Below the pieces are notes generated by a model. That model saw only the letters and a list, made by a program, of their open reading frames with translations, was not told where the DNA came from and searched no databases. From the NCBI GenBank assembly GCA_977030845.1, contig OZ365116.1, forward strand, positions 21,576,001 through 21,640,000: a DNA stretch of 64,000 nt, given 5' to 3'. The translations under genes and the position numbers were made by a program. Shown here in pieces: positions 13,528 through 25,441 of the stretch. Position 1 is the stretch's first letter. Every line of letters starts with the position of its first letter. The DNA is from Fimbriosthenelais zetlandica (lineage: Eukaryota).

Positions 13528-15675
13528 GTACCTATACATTTGAAACTAGTTTGTCTCAGGAATTAAAGTGAAGGCATTCTTTACGATTACAAAATTTAAA
13601 AAAAAACTAGTCGGTATACACGAAAATGTACCAATAACATATGTGACGTATTGAAAAAATAGAAGGACATCATTTTGGCGCCTAATGTATGAAATAAATA
13701 CTCTTATGTTTGGACCTTTTACTCAAAAAGGAAATTGAGGATAAAAACGAGCTTATGCGGAGCCGAGATAAAGAGTTGATACTCTCCTAAATTAGATTAG
13801 TAATTAGACTAGAATCTTCCTGCAATAAGAGCAATAGATTTATGTGGTCGTAAAGGAGAAGGCCTTGCATGTATTTGTTATCATTCTTGCTTTGTAATTA
13901 AAATTCTGCATGCATGATTAATCTGAACGACCATTATATGGTATTATCTAATAGCGATAAACACATAATGTATTCAGTTAAGAAGCTTTTAGATAATTCA
14001 GCTGAGGGAGTAGTGTTCTTCTAAAGGTTTCCTATAAAACATTTGTGTTCATTCTTTCAGACTACTGACTCAGAGTTCAACCGAGCCATGTTGATGAATA
14101 TAGGGTTTGTAGAGGGTGAGAAGTTGTCAGGTTTTGATTGCTATATCTTCCATGATGTGGACCTGCTTCCTGAGACCCTCCAAAATTTATACAACTGTCC
14201 TCACCTGCCACGACACATGTCAGCCGCGGTGGATTCCTTTGGTTATAGGTGTGTATAGAGATATCACTTTAATCACCTGTTCTTTATCATTCTTACCATT
14301 GAATACTACCCTGGACATATGTCAGTGTGCAGAGCCAATAAAGTTTATCTTTTGTTCTTCCAAAAAGGACATAGCAACTTTCGTTTTTCATAGAGAAAAT
14401 GTCCTTTTCAGGTTACCATATCATGGAATCTTTGGTGGCGTGTCAGCAATGAAAGCTGAACATTTCAGGAGGGTTAATGGTTTCTCCAACTGCTTCTTTG
14501 GGTGGGGTGGCGAGGACGATGACATGTACAACAGGTGAGAAAGCTTTCTCAGTACTCCAGACGTCATCTTAAAGTGCCACCAAACATTTACCTTAGTGGT
14601 CTATTATGAGAGTGAACACTGTGCTTAAAACCAAACTAAAACTTTATACTTTATATCAGCCATTGAGGTTAATTATGAATAATACTATGTCTTTGATACA
14701 GGATCAAGCATCATGGCCTGGACATTACCCGCTACCCCCTCCACGTGGCTCGCTACCGAATGATCAGTCACAAGAAACAGAATCCCAGCAATGAAAGGTA
14801 AAAAGGACAAAGTTAATTGATATTTTAAATTGTATATCGCAACCAACTGAATCCTTTTAAAAGGTTTTTTAAGGGTTGGTTTTTAAGAATGTGTGGGTTG
14901 GTAGTTCCCAAACACGCACATAGGACTGGCATCTGCTCAAAAAAGTGGCTCCTTTAAAAAGCTTGAAGTTAAACATGCCTTTTAATGACTTTGTAGTTGT
15001 AAATCATCCCGATGGGGGAAATTAATGCTTGAGAAATTGACATGAAGGTCCTAAGCGCCAGTGCTACACCATCTTTACTGATAATTGTTAAAGATGTTTT
15101 CTGTAACGAGCGCTTTCATTTTTCACACCAGGTTTCGGATGTTAAATACGGGCCCGCTCCGCTTTGAATCTGACGGACTCTCAAGTCTCAAGTATGAGCG
15201 GGTCCTGCTGGAGAAGCGCCATCTCTACACACTCATCAAAGTGAGAATAAATAAGGGCGACATCGTCCCCAGAGATGGTCCTATAGAGAGGAGGAGCACA
15301 GTGCCTCCACCTAGAGGCTCACAGCTGGAGGAGAAGCTGGCCAGAGCGGGCCAGCTCAATGTTGTAAAGATAAAGCAAAAGATAAAGAAGGCCACCCATC
15401 ATGAGGCGCTGACAGACAAGGGACCTGATAGGCCTATCTTTGACATCCACGTGAAGCAGGCTGGGGGCAGGAGGAAACCTGGCAGCAATTCCAAGTTAGA
15501 TGATATCGAAGTGAGACTCAATCAGGTCTTACACATTAACGGAGACGATACCCGATCTCTCTCAGATCATAAAATAGTACCCCAAAACCCTCTCTCACCA
15601 AAGGCTCTTAAACCCCTGTTGGAGAAAGACTGGAAAAGGATTTCCAATAAGAACTCATTGAATGAGGTTTTGTAA
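13295..15675 (+). CDS. bre-4: GT7-family beta-1,4-N-acetylgalactosaminyl/galactosyltransferase (BRE-4/B4GALT-like), 5'-partial; join(13295-13527,14061-14248,14412-14534,14702-14797,15132-15675)
   Basis: Joined exons total 1184 nt; with one upstream base this is 395 codons ending in TAA. All junctions are AG/GT with matching phases (1,0,2,2,2). Family motifs in order: GPL, GGHWSPSEC, VALVIPFRDRDLHL, HPFLQKQLLDYTIFVVEQ, FNRAMLMNIGF, FHDVDLLP (DxD), RHMSAAVD, LPY-x2-IFGGVSA, GWGGEDDD, RYRMISH, DGLSSLKY, LYT. The symbol is a family-level call, not proven orthology. Confidence 0.93.
14061..14248 (+). CDS. bre-4: B4GalNAcT/B4GALT-like exon (FNRAMLMNIGF...FHDVDLLP...GYR)
   Basis: Acceptor attctttcag| at 14060, donor TATAG|gtgtgt at 14248/9; contains the DxD motif. 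Confidence 0.94.
14412..14534 (+). CDS. bre-4: B4GalNAcT/B4GALT-like exon (LPYHGIFGG...GWGGEDDD)
   Basis: Acceptor ccttttcag| at 14411, donor AACAG|gtgaga at 14534/5; contains GWGGEDDD. Confidence 0.95.
14702..14797 (+). CDS. bre-4: B4GalNAcT/B4GALT-like exon (IKHHGLDITRYPLHVARYRMISHKKQNPSNE)
   Basis: Not in the ORF track in this frame; translated by hand. Acceptor ctttgatacag| at 14701, donor GAAAG|gtaaaa at 14797/8. The RYxMIxH motif matches the metal-binding M-x-x-H loop of GT7 enzymes. Confidence 0.9.
15132..15675 (+). CDS. bre-4: B4GalNAcT/B4GALT-like terminal exon with long C-terminal extension
   Basis: Acceptor tttcacaccag| at 15131; RF...DGLSSLKY...LYTLIKVRI, then 141 further codons to TAA at 15673-15675. 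Confidence 0.88.
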
Positions 15676-15879
15676 GAGAGGTAGTGTTGGATGTGAGAGA
15701 AGAGAGCCTTAATAGGATGCTTGGAACTGATATCAAAACGTCTGATAACATAGACATATACTTATAAAGAGACATGGGATAACATGTGTTTTGAGTTCAG
15801 AAACTGGCGCCTGAAGCCCTATAATAGAGTAGTCCTGTTTATGTAAGGGTGGAGGTAGTTGTAGGTCGGATAGTCATCA

Positions 15880-15885
15880 AATAAA
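15880..15885 (+). terminator. Candidate polyadenylation signal of the transferase
   Basis: AATAAA about 200 nt after the stop codon; motif only. Confidence 0.3.
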
Positions 15886-16275
15886 GGTCTTCCGGTATAT
15901 TATGGTGCTAGCAGAATTCACTGCTGAGAGGACTACGAGAGCCCAGGATCAGTCACAATCCTCATCAGTATATCATCTACTTAAATATATCTGTCAATTG
16001 ACTAATTATTTGCTTCTCTGTAAACATGTTAATGGCTCGAACAGATTAAATACGCCTCCGGATGCTTGCGTTTTCTAAAAACTACAAAAAAAACACAAAA
16101 AAACTTGAGCCTGAGCACGACCGCAAAAACGCTATGGTCTGTTTATGCCATTATCGTTGATAATATGAGAATACTGAAAAAATCAGCATATATTATGTTG
16201 GTTGGAATTTTAAGGGTTTTAGCCCTTTATTTTGTATGTTTTCATAATGGTTATTGGTAGCTCCCTACTATAAGT

Positions 16276-16340
16276 CAATTGATGTTAATTAATTATTTAT
16301 CAATTGATATTAATTAATTATTTAACAATTAATGTTAATT
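16276..16340. repeat. 25-bp AT-rich tandem repeat x2.6
   Basis: caattgatgttaattaattatttat at 16276, variant at 16301, partial at 16326. Confidence 0.85.
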
Positions 16341-17565
16341 CATGCAAATATAATGTACAATACCATGGAAGAGAGCGGGGAATAGCAGCATTGCCAGAAT
16401 AATGGTTTGGTTTTAAAACCAAACTAAAATATATTTGCCATGTTTTACTCTTTTGGGTAGAGCTTCGAGATTTCGTTTTAACAGTATCTATTAGATATCT
16501 ATTATGGACCTATTGGGAACCCCAGGATATAAATTATAAACCCTCATCCCACTGTTTGTATCAGAAAACCGGCTTTAAATTTAATATATATCCTTATATT
16601 CTCTTTAAATCACTCTTTTCGGGCTTTTATATCAGAAAGCCTCATAATTCTAATACCCCAGAACATTCCAATAAACACCATCAGCATTTTATGACAGTCC
16701 CAAACTATTTGTCAGACTATTTGTCCTGAATATTATAACCAGCGGCACACTATACCTGCCTGCTCAGTATTTCTGCAATCTGAATTACATACTTCCTGAT
16801 CCTCAATCTAACTAGGTTATTCCCATGACTGCAGTGGAGGCTGCATTATGCCCTTGACTTACTTCAAGGACATTGATTGAGATTTTAGCGAAGATCTGTC
16901 AAAGTGTATCAAAACCTGCTCATTTGCATCCCTATAAACTTTGTAGTTACCTGAGCAAAAATTAATCAAAATATTTCAGGTTTTGTATTCGGATTATTAT
17001 AAATAATTATCATATTTATGGATGCGTCTAAGTCAGCGTAAAATCTAGTCCACCACTTTTTGCAACATCAACTTTTAAACATGACGAATAGTGCACTGTA
17101 ACATAGTCATGAATAGTGCTTGTATAATATGTATTACTGGAGCATAATTCACACATTTCTGCTTGATTGTGATACACCTTATCTTCTGATGATTCAAAGA
17201 TCAAGTTATATTTTGAAACAATGGAATAAAAATATCTTATATTTAGAGACACTACAAAGCTGTTGTTATTGATCTTGGGTTCAGTTTAAGGTACTGTGAT
17301 ATATAGATTATGACGATATCGATTCTATTCATGTCAGATACTTAAATTTCACGCCAGTTATAGAAAATTAATGTAGATCTCAGTACAACCTATTATCAGG
17401 AGTTTAAAACGTACCTATGTACCTCACCAGATGGGGTGTGTGCCGTTTAAATTACACTACTGACACCATGTAATGTCTATGTGGCGCCCCCTCTTGATAT
17501 AGCTTAACCTGGATCCAGGGATCCAATCTATGCACCCCAAACTTTTTTTTGGAAAAATCTGGATT

Positions 17566-18080
17566 CACCCCTGCTATTAATAAAAAATATAGTCCACGGT
17601 GATACTAGTGTTATCTTTCCCGGTCTGAGACAGAGACCAAGGTAACGTTGTCACTGTGACGTCAGAGACCTGACCTTTGAGAAGGTCATCAACCAGCGTC
17701 TGCATGTGTCTAGCATTCACATAAAACTGGACGCGTTTGTTTGAGTTTCACATCCAATTTCGGCATGAAATAATAGGTCTCTGGGCACAAAATGATACGG
17801 TTGGGTAGCGACTTATGTTTCTAGTGCAGTCAGGTAGTACGTTTGCTATAAAACGGCAAGGAGAATGTATAGTATGGCTCGGCAACGAACCTACTCTCTT
17901 GATATTTTTGGATGTACAGAGATCTGACAGAGCGCTTGATGTTAGGTTTTGCCGTGTGGTGGCGCCACTGAGCCCGATTGATCCGCGAAGCAGTAATTGT
18001 TACAGTCAGAGGACCACTCTGCTACAATATAGCAATGTGGGGATGTATTTTTTCTAATCAGGGGCGGATTTAGGACGGGG
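17566..18080. mobile_element. Two outward-facing ends of a GGGGCGGAT-type repeat family (ctggattcacccctg near 17560-17575; caggggcggatttag near 18059)
   Basis: The motifs resemble the termini of a common invertebrate non-autonomous repeat, recalled from memory. They point away from each other, so they are fragments of two elements. Confidence 0.25.
17657..17688. promoter_or_regulatory. CRE plus everted nuclear-receptor repeat (ER6)
   Basis: TGACGTCA at 17657-17664; TGACCT-ttgaga-AGGTCA at 17671-17688. Confidence 0.3.
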
Positions 18081-19713
18081 GTATTTCTTTTTGAAAGCAT
18101 TTGTGAATGAATAACAGTAGGTTTAGTCCTGATGAAGGATTTAATTAATGGTGACCAGTTTTCATTCAATCCGCTGCCACCACCAATCACCATACATCAA
18201 TACGTGGAAAAAAACGGGCGGAACAACTAGATAATTCATCTCAATTAGTAGCTTCAGCTGATGGGGAAACTAACTGGGATGTCCAGGCAGTCTTTGACAG
18301 AGGTGGAGTATTTTTTTTTAGTTTATCACGACATTTTATTTCCAACCGATACGTTAAATTAACGAACAGGGAAATTGGATGACTTTTGAACCGTTTCGTC
18401 CTTATCCAATAAAGACAGCTGTAGTCATTTCTTCCTTTTTACACCAAAATAATGGTTCATTTATTTCATTATGGTTGAGTAATTGGTTTCGGTGTCTTTT
18501 AACCAAGTAATACTATTTGGTATAATTTATTTCATCTTTCTGTTCATCAATGCGTTCCGTCACAGTTCAGTATTTTGCCGGTGGGGGCGCCTCTGTGCCT
18601 GGCTCTCGGTAGACCAGTGTGAGGAGTGAGAGGGAGAGTTGGAGAGTAAGGAGAGAGGCCGGGAGGTTCCATATTAAACCCAAGTGTTGACCAGAGTTAA
18701 CCACGCCAGCTTTGTGACAGTTAGATCAAGCTTTATCACAAAGAGGAGAGAGTCTAACCCGACCTTCACATGTGGCTCCTCTTACATTGGATTGCATTAA
18801 CTATAATGCTGGATAAATTAACATTATACCAAGAGCAGGTGGGTTTTTTGAAAGTTTATAAAATCATTTTATTTACACTTTCAGGAGTGTTGTTTCAAAA
18901 GTATGATTCTCCCAACTTTCCTCTGGAAATTTAACTTTTATTGACATTAGGAAAAGTCATTTAAAATTGTTATTAATGTTCATTAGGCCTTTCACTTTCA
19001 TTTCTGGCAATGCGTCTGGCTGATCAATGCAAAAAGAAAAGACGTTTCTTTCTTCATAGTTTTCCTCATAAACTAGTTTTTCCCAAGAGAGGACGTGAAT
19101 GAAAGAATGAAAAAAATCACTTGTGCTGGCACATCTTTGCAATTATCTTCCCTTTTAGAGAGCACCTTTTGCTTCTGTGAGCCAATGACCACTATTAAAG
19201 TGTCTTTGTCACCTCAGCACGTGTAGTTGAAAGGCCAAGCGGGAAAAATATATACATCCCTTCAAGGATTTAGGAGGAATTAATGTTGTTCCAGTTGGAC
19301 CAATCTGTAACATCTGTTGGATTGTGGGGAGTTTTGGGGGATCGGAGTGGCCCTCAGGGTAAAAGGATTTGTAAGCTGTAAGGAATAGAATAGTTTATGT
19401 GCAGTGTGCTCCATCAGTTGCAGTTCTCACACTAAACATATATGTCTAGCTGTCAGGAGAGATGCCATAAAAGACAGCTTCTCACCTACCAATGCATTAG
19501 TTGCCACGCTTCCTCTACATGTCAGAAGCCACACTTTAAACATAGCCCAGCTTGATCACAAAGAGTAACCAGTGACATTCATTTGGCAAACACTGACACG
19601 AGCTGCAGCGATTATCTTCTACCATACATGCTCGCATATTATGAAGTCTGGGATATAATTTCAGGGTTTTAAGTAGCATTGCAGAGTGGTGTGTTCTACA
19701 TGTCAAGGTTATG

Positions 19714-19880
19714 GTAGTAGACCATACAAATTAGTAGTCCATGAAAATTAGTAGAGTATCCAAATAAAAATTGGTAGACCATGAAAATTAGTAGAGTAGC
19801 AACATAGTAGACATGAAAATTAGTAGACATAAAAATTAGTTGACAAAAATTAGTTGACATATATTAGTAGACCATAGAAA
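19714..19880. repeat. Degenerate ~17-bp minisatellite (attagtagaccatgaaa)
   Basis: About 9 imperfect copies of aaattagtagac(c)at visible directly. Confidence 0.85.
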
Positions 19881-20246
19881 TCTGTTATCAGTTAATATAC
19901 GCTCCAGGTGGAAAACAGTAATGTTTCCTTCAAATTGACATCTGCTTAACCTGACTACAAATTGCTAAAAGAAATTTAGCACTTTTTGTTAAAAGAAATT
20001 TGGGGTTAGAATTAGCCCAGCTTGCAAAACATGTTCACAAACATTGATGTGTAATTTGGATTGTGCTGTAAGTTCAGGCTGCCCAGATCTATATGCATGT
20101 AGAGATGTATAGGGGAAATTGGCCTTGTAATGAGAGGAAGGTGTGGAGGTGTGAGAAGTCAGTGGAGGTCGACCGGTCTCAGCGGCACTGATAAGTGGAT
20201 GTGAATGGGTGGTGTAACCAAGTCCTACACACGTCCACAACGTGGA

Positions 20247-20426
20247 GGGTGGGGCGGGGGAGGGGGGGAGGGGTGGAGGGTCAGGAAGAGCTAGCGAGGG
20301 TCACAGAGAGTCGGAGTCAGAGAGAGGGTTAGAGAGTGAGAGAGGGGAGATAAGGAGAGAGAGAGAGAGAGGGGGAGAGAGGGAGAGAGAGGGTGAGAGA
20401 GAGAGAGAGAGGGGAGATAAGGAGAA
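20247..20426. repeat. G-tract cluster followed by (GA)n-rich purine microsatellite
   Basis: GGGT GGGG C GGGGG A GGGGGGG A GGGG, then gagagagaga-type repeats running into the gap. Confidence 0.95.
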
Positions 20427-20564
20427 NNNNNNNNNNNNNNNNNNNNNNNNNNNNNNNNNNNNNNNNNNNNNNNNNNNNNNNNNNNNNNNNNNNNNNNNNN
20501 NNNNNNNNNNNNNNNNNNNNNNNNNNNNNNNNNNNNNNNNNNNNNNNNNNNNNNNNNNNNNNNN
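20427..20564. other. Assembly gap (138 N)
   Basis: Run of n characters. Confidence 1.
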
Positions 20565-23500
20565 ATAGATCTGCAGGAAAAGGGGAGATTTTGATAGTAG
20601 AATACGGCCTCCACTACCATATGCGAGTATACATGTAATTCAATGAATTGAATTGACTTGAATGCACCTGCATACATTTTGGCTACAATATAAGATAAAC
20701 GGCCTACAATGAGTGTAAGCGTTCTAACTTCTATTTTAACTGTTATTAACTGTGTTATATTGTGTTTGTGGAGGCTTCGTTTTAAAGAGAAAGGGAGAAG
20801 GGGAGAGCAATATAAAATGCCAGCTTGGTCAATGGAATGGATGTGGGACGAATATGACGCTATGTCGATTATGAAAACACTTCAGAGGGGACAAGAGCCT
20901 TTCTAATCTTCCTTCCCCTCTACGATAAACTAGACGCGTAGAGAGAAGAGGCCTTGGTGAGGGCATCAAACAAGGGGTCCACAACTAGAGGGGTAGAACA
21001 TTGGCAGGGGGGAGTCTGATTGCTGGCTCACACGTGGATGGTTAACGCATAGCAGATCTTATTCGTGTTCAGTCGGGTGCCAGCCATGTATCTCATCCTT
21101 ACAATACATTGATATGACATAAGATGTTATATAGATGAAAAAAATAATTGTAGTGGAAAAGTTTGAATAATGACTGACATTCTGGGAATGCCATAAGATA
21201 TTGAGTCCTTGGTGGTTCATTTAAGATGGCAAAGCAGTGAGCAAGCATAATGTGAGGGCATACATCTCCATATGTTCTACATCTGATGTTAATACTGTCA
21301 ATAGATCACTCATCCTCTCATGACCCCTTCACCCGTAAACAGATCCAATAGTTTAATCCCCGTAAACCAGGATTGAAGGCTCTCCATCCTTCTCCTCCAT
21401 GAAATGGTTCCACGGTAACCTTTTACTTGATCCTCACTATGGAGTAGGCAGTATATAAATACCCCCTACATAACCTACAGTTCTACAAGGATTATCTCTC
21501 AACTTAAGCCGTGAAGATATTCACATGTTCTCTCACCCTCTCTGCATTTTACAATCCTACAATTAATCGAAAAGATAAATGTATAGGGAAATAATTCTTG
21601 GGCAAATCAGGGACTGATCCAAGGGTTCTAAAATCTATTTTTAATAGATTTTCCTGGAGGTAAATTTATAGTTTTTCCTCAAGTAACCGATCAACCAATA
21701 ATCGTAACGGAATAATTTGAGTACGTTAGTATGAAGGATGGATTTTCCGATCCCATGGAACAACATAGAGCAACAATATATTATTCTAACCAAATGTTCC
21801 ATCTTCATATCCATCTCTCACTACAGGCATGGTACCCTCTATCGTATGCACGCTACCCTATTATCCACACACGTGCTGTATATATACCCATACATTACAC
21901 CCGACTTTAACTCATAAATGATCTACAGCGGCTATTAACTCTTGAGAAACCAATTCTCAGTTTAGATTATGATGGATGAGTGTGATGATGAAACAAACTG
22001 TAAACATGTGATACATTATTTAGTATCTCTCGAGTTTTTTCTTGAACAGATCAACTATTGGTTTGATTAGTTCTGGTGCAGGGAATTTTCTTTCATAGGC
22101 AATTCCTATTCTGAAAAACATTAGCAATCATTTGCACAGGAAAAGTTGAAAACACATCAAAAAGCGTAATGAAATGCACCGGAATTGGCTCTTGCAGAAA
22201 CTCATTGGGTTCTGTCATGGACAGCCTTATTGCATGATTGAGTAAGCAAGATCTCAATAGAGCAATATCTTGGTGCCGACCAGGTTGTCTTTTGCCCACA
22301 GGGGAGTCCCACATAAACCCATACAGCAAAATGATTCATGGAGCTGCTCATACGTCCCGCTCCTCTATTATAAACACACCGTCTATATATTACACATAAT
22401 GGCTTCATCAGCCAAGCTGTGATATAGGATCCACGGATTAGAAATGATTTACGACAGGGTTGAAAGATCCTGATAACTCCTAACAAACCTACCTTAAAAC
22501 CACAGAGAAAAAACAAACTTCATCAATGGAAGACAATCATAGAACTGATGAGCAAAATATGCAAGTACCACTTGTCACACAGGCAGGTTAATGAGTTACT
22601 AGGTGGCATTGTCCTGGATGGTTCCTCACTGTGAAACTCACACATAACGACATGTGTTAATTAATATTTTGATTATGCAAGACAGTTAATGAACATTAAA
22701 TAGTGATGGAGTAAGGCTTGGCTAGATAAACGGGGATGCTATTAATATTATTGTATGTATGTATAGTCCCATACATATATAACTCTTTCTATGTCATTTA
22801 TCATATCAGAATTTAAATAAGAAATAAATTTTAAATAAGATAGGAGATGCATCGTGTAGTGCTCGGAGTTTGACTATTTAAGTGGAGAAACTTTGTCCAC
22901 GTATCTCCCTCAATCTGGACAAGAGAATATCCTTGCATGGATGGAGGATGAGTTAGAGGTATATAATAAATGGCTGAGTCTATGTGTCAGAAGCTTGTCA
23001 ACTGCAGCCCTTGCTATATGCTGCATATGGCAGCATTTCTTTCCATATACCTGTATCTCTGATATTGCCATCATATTATCCCCTTCCTCCAGTATGCCCC
23101 TGGGGCGAAGAAGAGAAAAAAGGCCTTTTCACTGGCCATTTGGTTGGGAGAAAAAAAAACCTCCGGGTTTGCTGTGAAGAAGGCCGAGATGCATGAGGCT
23201 TATAAAGGGACACATATAGGGGCATTCTCTATTCCTCCTACTCCCGGCTTTATCAGTGTAATAGGACGTTATGAACGCCCTCTATTCCCTCTACGGCTCT
23301 TAGTCAGGAATGGCCACTCTAACGCTCGTCTCCTATACAGCTTTTTCATATAGAGCCCTTTTATGATTCACTGTTAGCATTTACTCATATAAGGCAGAAG
23401 TGTAGCTCCTTTTACTTTGCTTCTTTTTGTTCAGGCCACCATACCTGACCCATATCTAGATCAATTTAAAATCCCTTTGTTTCTGCACGAATGTATTAAT

Positions 23501-25353
23501 AATGGGTAATGATGTAATGTTCTCAGTTTCAGTGGGTGACATGTGTTTCTCTCTTTACCACACTTCATGAGCAGGTGAATTCACAGAGAGGTACACAATA
23601 GAATTAAAGGTTCAAATACCAAGGATACAGGGGATCCTCAGTGTCTTTTCTACATCAAGCACATCATATGCAACATGTAATCCTGAATATTTGATTGGAT
23701 AAAGCCCAGACATTTGGAAAATGTATGGTAACGTCCTTTGAATAACAGAAATTGTGATTGTATAATTGGTCAATGTTAAATCTAACCCTACATATTATTA
23801 CTTTGTGTTTTCACAGATAATCCAAGGATACTGCAGTAAGCGATCCAATAGCCGATTGAAGATCATGTTCAATCTGTGAAGAAAAGACGAAGGATAATTG
23901 GGATATTCAGCCCAGGGAGAATCCATCTTAATTTCAACAGGAATCTTGTTCAAAATGACGAATTAAAGTCATCTCAAAGTTGCCCTAAAATGTTTTGAGT
24001 TTACCCACCAAGATAAGCACTTGGCAAGAAGGACAATCCAGCACGATCTCAAATGTGATTCGTCTCCCCAGCCCCCCAAAACACATCAGCTATAATCTGC
24101 AGCAAAATTGAATGCGGATGAAATGCAAGAAAGGATTACAATCTTTATATCAGACCTCCAATACCAAAAAAAGACCAGTGACGCAAGGAAACTCATCAAG
24201 GCTTTGCTGGTTGTCAATCTGATCTAGTTACAGGCAATGGAATTAAGAGCAAAACCTATCATTTGTTTAAAAATTCATTATGCTCCCTGCCGGGAATGTG
24301 CTTGATTTTCATGCAAGTAAAGTGAAATGGCAGTGAAATGAACCAAGCTCTACTCTGACAGGAGAAACATCCGAAGTACCTCAGTTGTAGACAACAGAAT
24401 TTTCAAATATCACTTTCGGCCAGAAAGCCCAATGTTTAAAATGGATCTTCTGACATATTGATTGACAGGGTTTTGGGAGAATCTTTTGAAGAACTGACGG
24501 GGTAGGGTTGTTGAGAGAGAGAGGGAGTTTGGAGAGCCTATGACGAGTGAGCCACATGTGCTCTAAGTTCATCACTTTGATTTGATGGCTGAACAAGGCA
24601 CGTGACAGGAGGAGTTCCGGCGATCCTTCAGACAAGTGACATGCTGGTGGTGGAGTAGCATGTAGTGCTAGTCTGTATCCAGTACGACACAAGCTCATCA
24701 AATGAGGCAATAACAGTCTTATATTCTAAAGAAATGAACAAAAATGAGAGAATATTTCATCAATTATCCCATTAATCCTTTACAGACTGTCTAACAAAAT
24801 AACGGCCTTCCTTTCCAAGCAACCGTACTTTGCGAGGCAATGCTTCCTGAGTCAGAAACAATTTAGAAAAATTGTTGACTAAAATAAAACCTGAGGAAGA
24901 CACAACACCTTGCTGCTCGTAACCTGGTTTGAAGCCTACTTGATTGATGACAACGGCTGTGGTGGGTCTGTGGTGCCAGTTGAACTTTGTTGGGGTAACA
25001 TCCCACGCAACCCCAATGATTTAAAGCCTGGAATCCGATAGGAGGCGGTGCCAGTCTCTGGTCAAGAGGTCAAGTTTAAATCATGTTCATGTGGCTACGC
25101 CCCTGAAGCTGATACCGCTGGTCAAATGGCAATTACAACACAGGAAGTGAAATAGTTCAATTTAACTGAAAATGCCACTCAGACGTAAATGTAGTGAGTG
25201 ATAGGGTTACCAGCTATTGCCTCATTAAATCACCGCAACTAGCTATTGACCGATTAAATCTATACAGTTAGCCGGAATAGCCTATTGGCAGATTAAACTT
25301 TCAAACTTCAACTGTTTAACTGAGAACTTGCTGCACCTAAGCAAGCATGAGGA

Positions 25354-25429
25354 GTAAGTGAGGAGGGATTATATGAGAGCTGAGTGAAGACAAAAGTTGA
25401 GAAGCCAAGAAGTCTGTGTTTGACTGTAG
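25354..25429 (+). other. Candidate 76-nt 5'UTR intron of the GPCR
   Basis: Perfect donor GA|GTAAGT at 25353/4 and acceptor gtctgtgtttgactgtag| at 25429, 12 nt before the ATG. Confidence 0.4.
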
Positions 25430-25441
25430 TGAAAACTCATA

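Noticed and set aside
20242-20677. ORFs of 108, 128 and 81 aa rich in ER or SL
   Set aside because: Artefacts of the GA microsatellite and the N gap.
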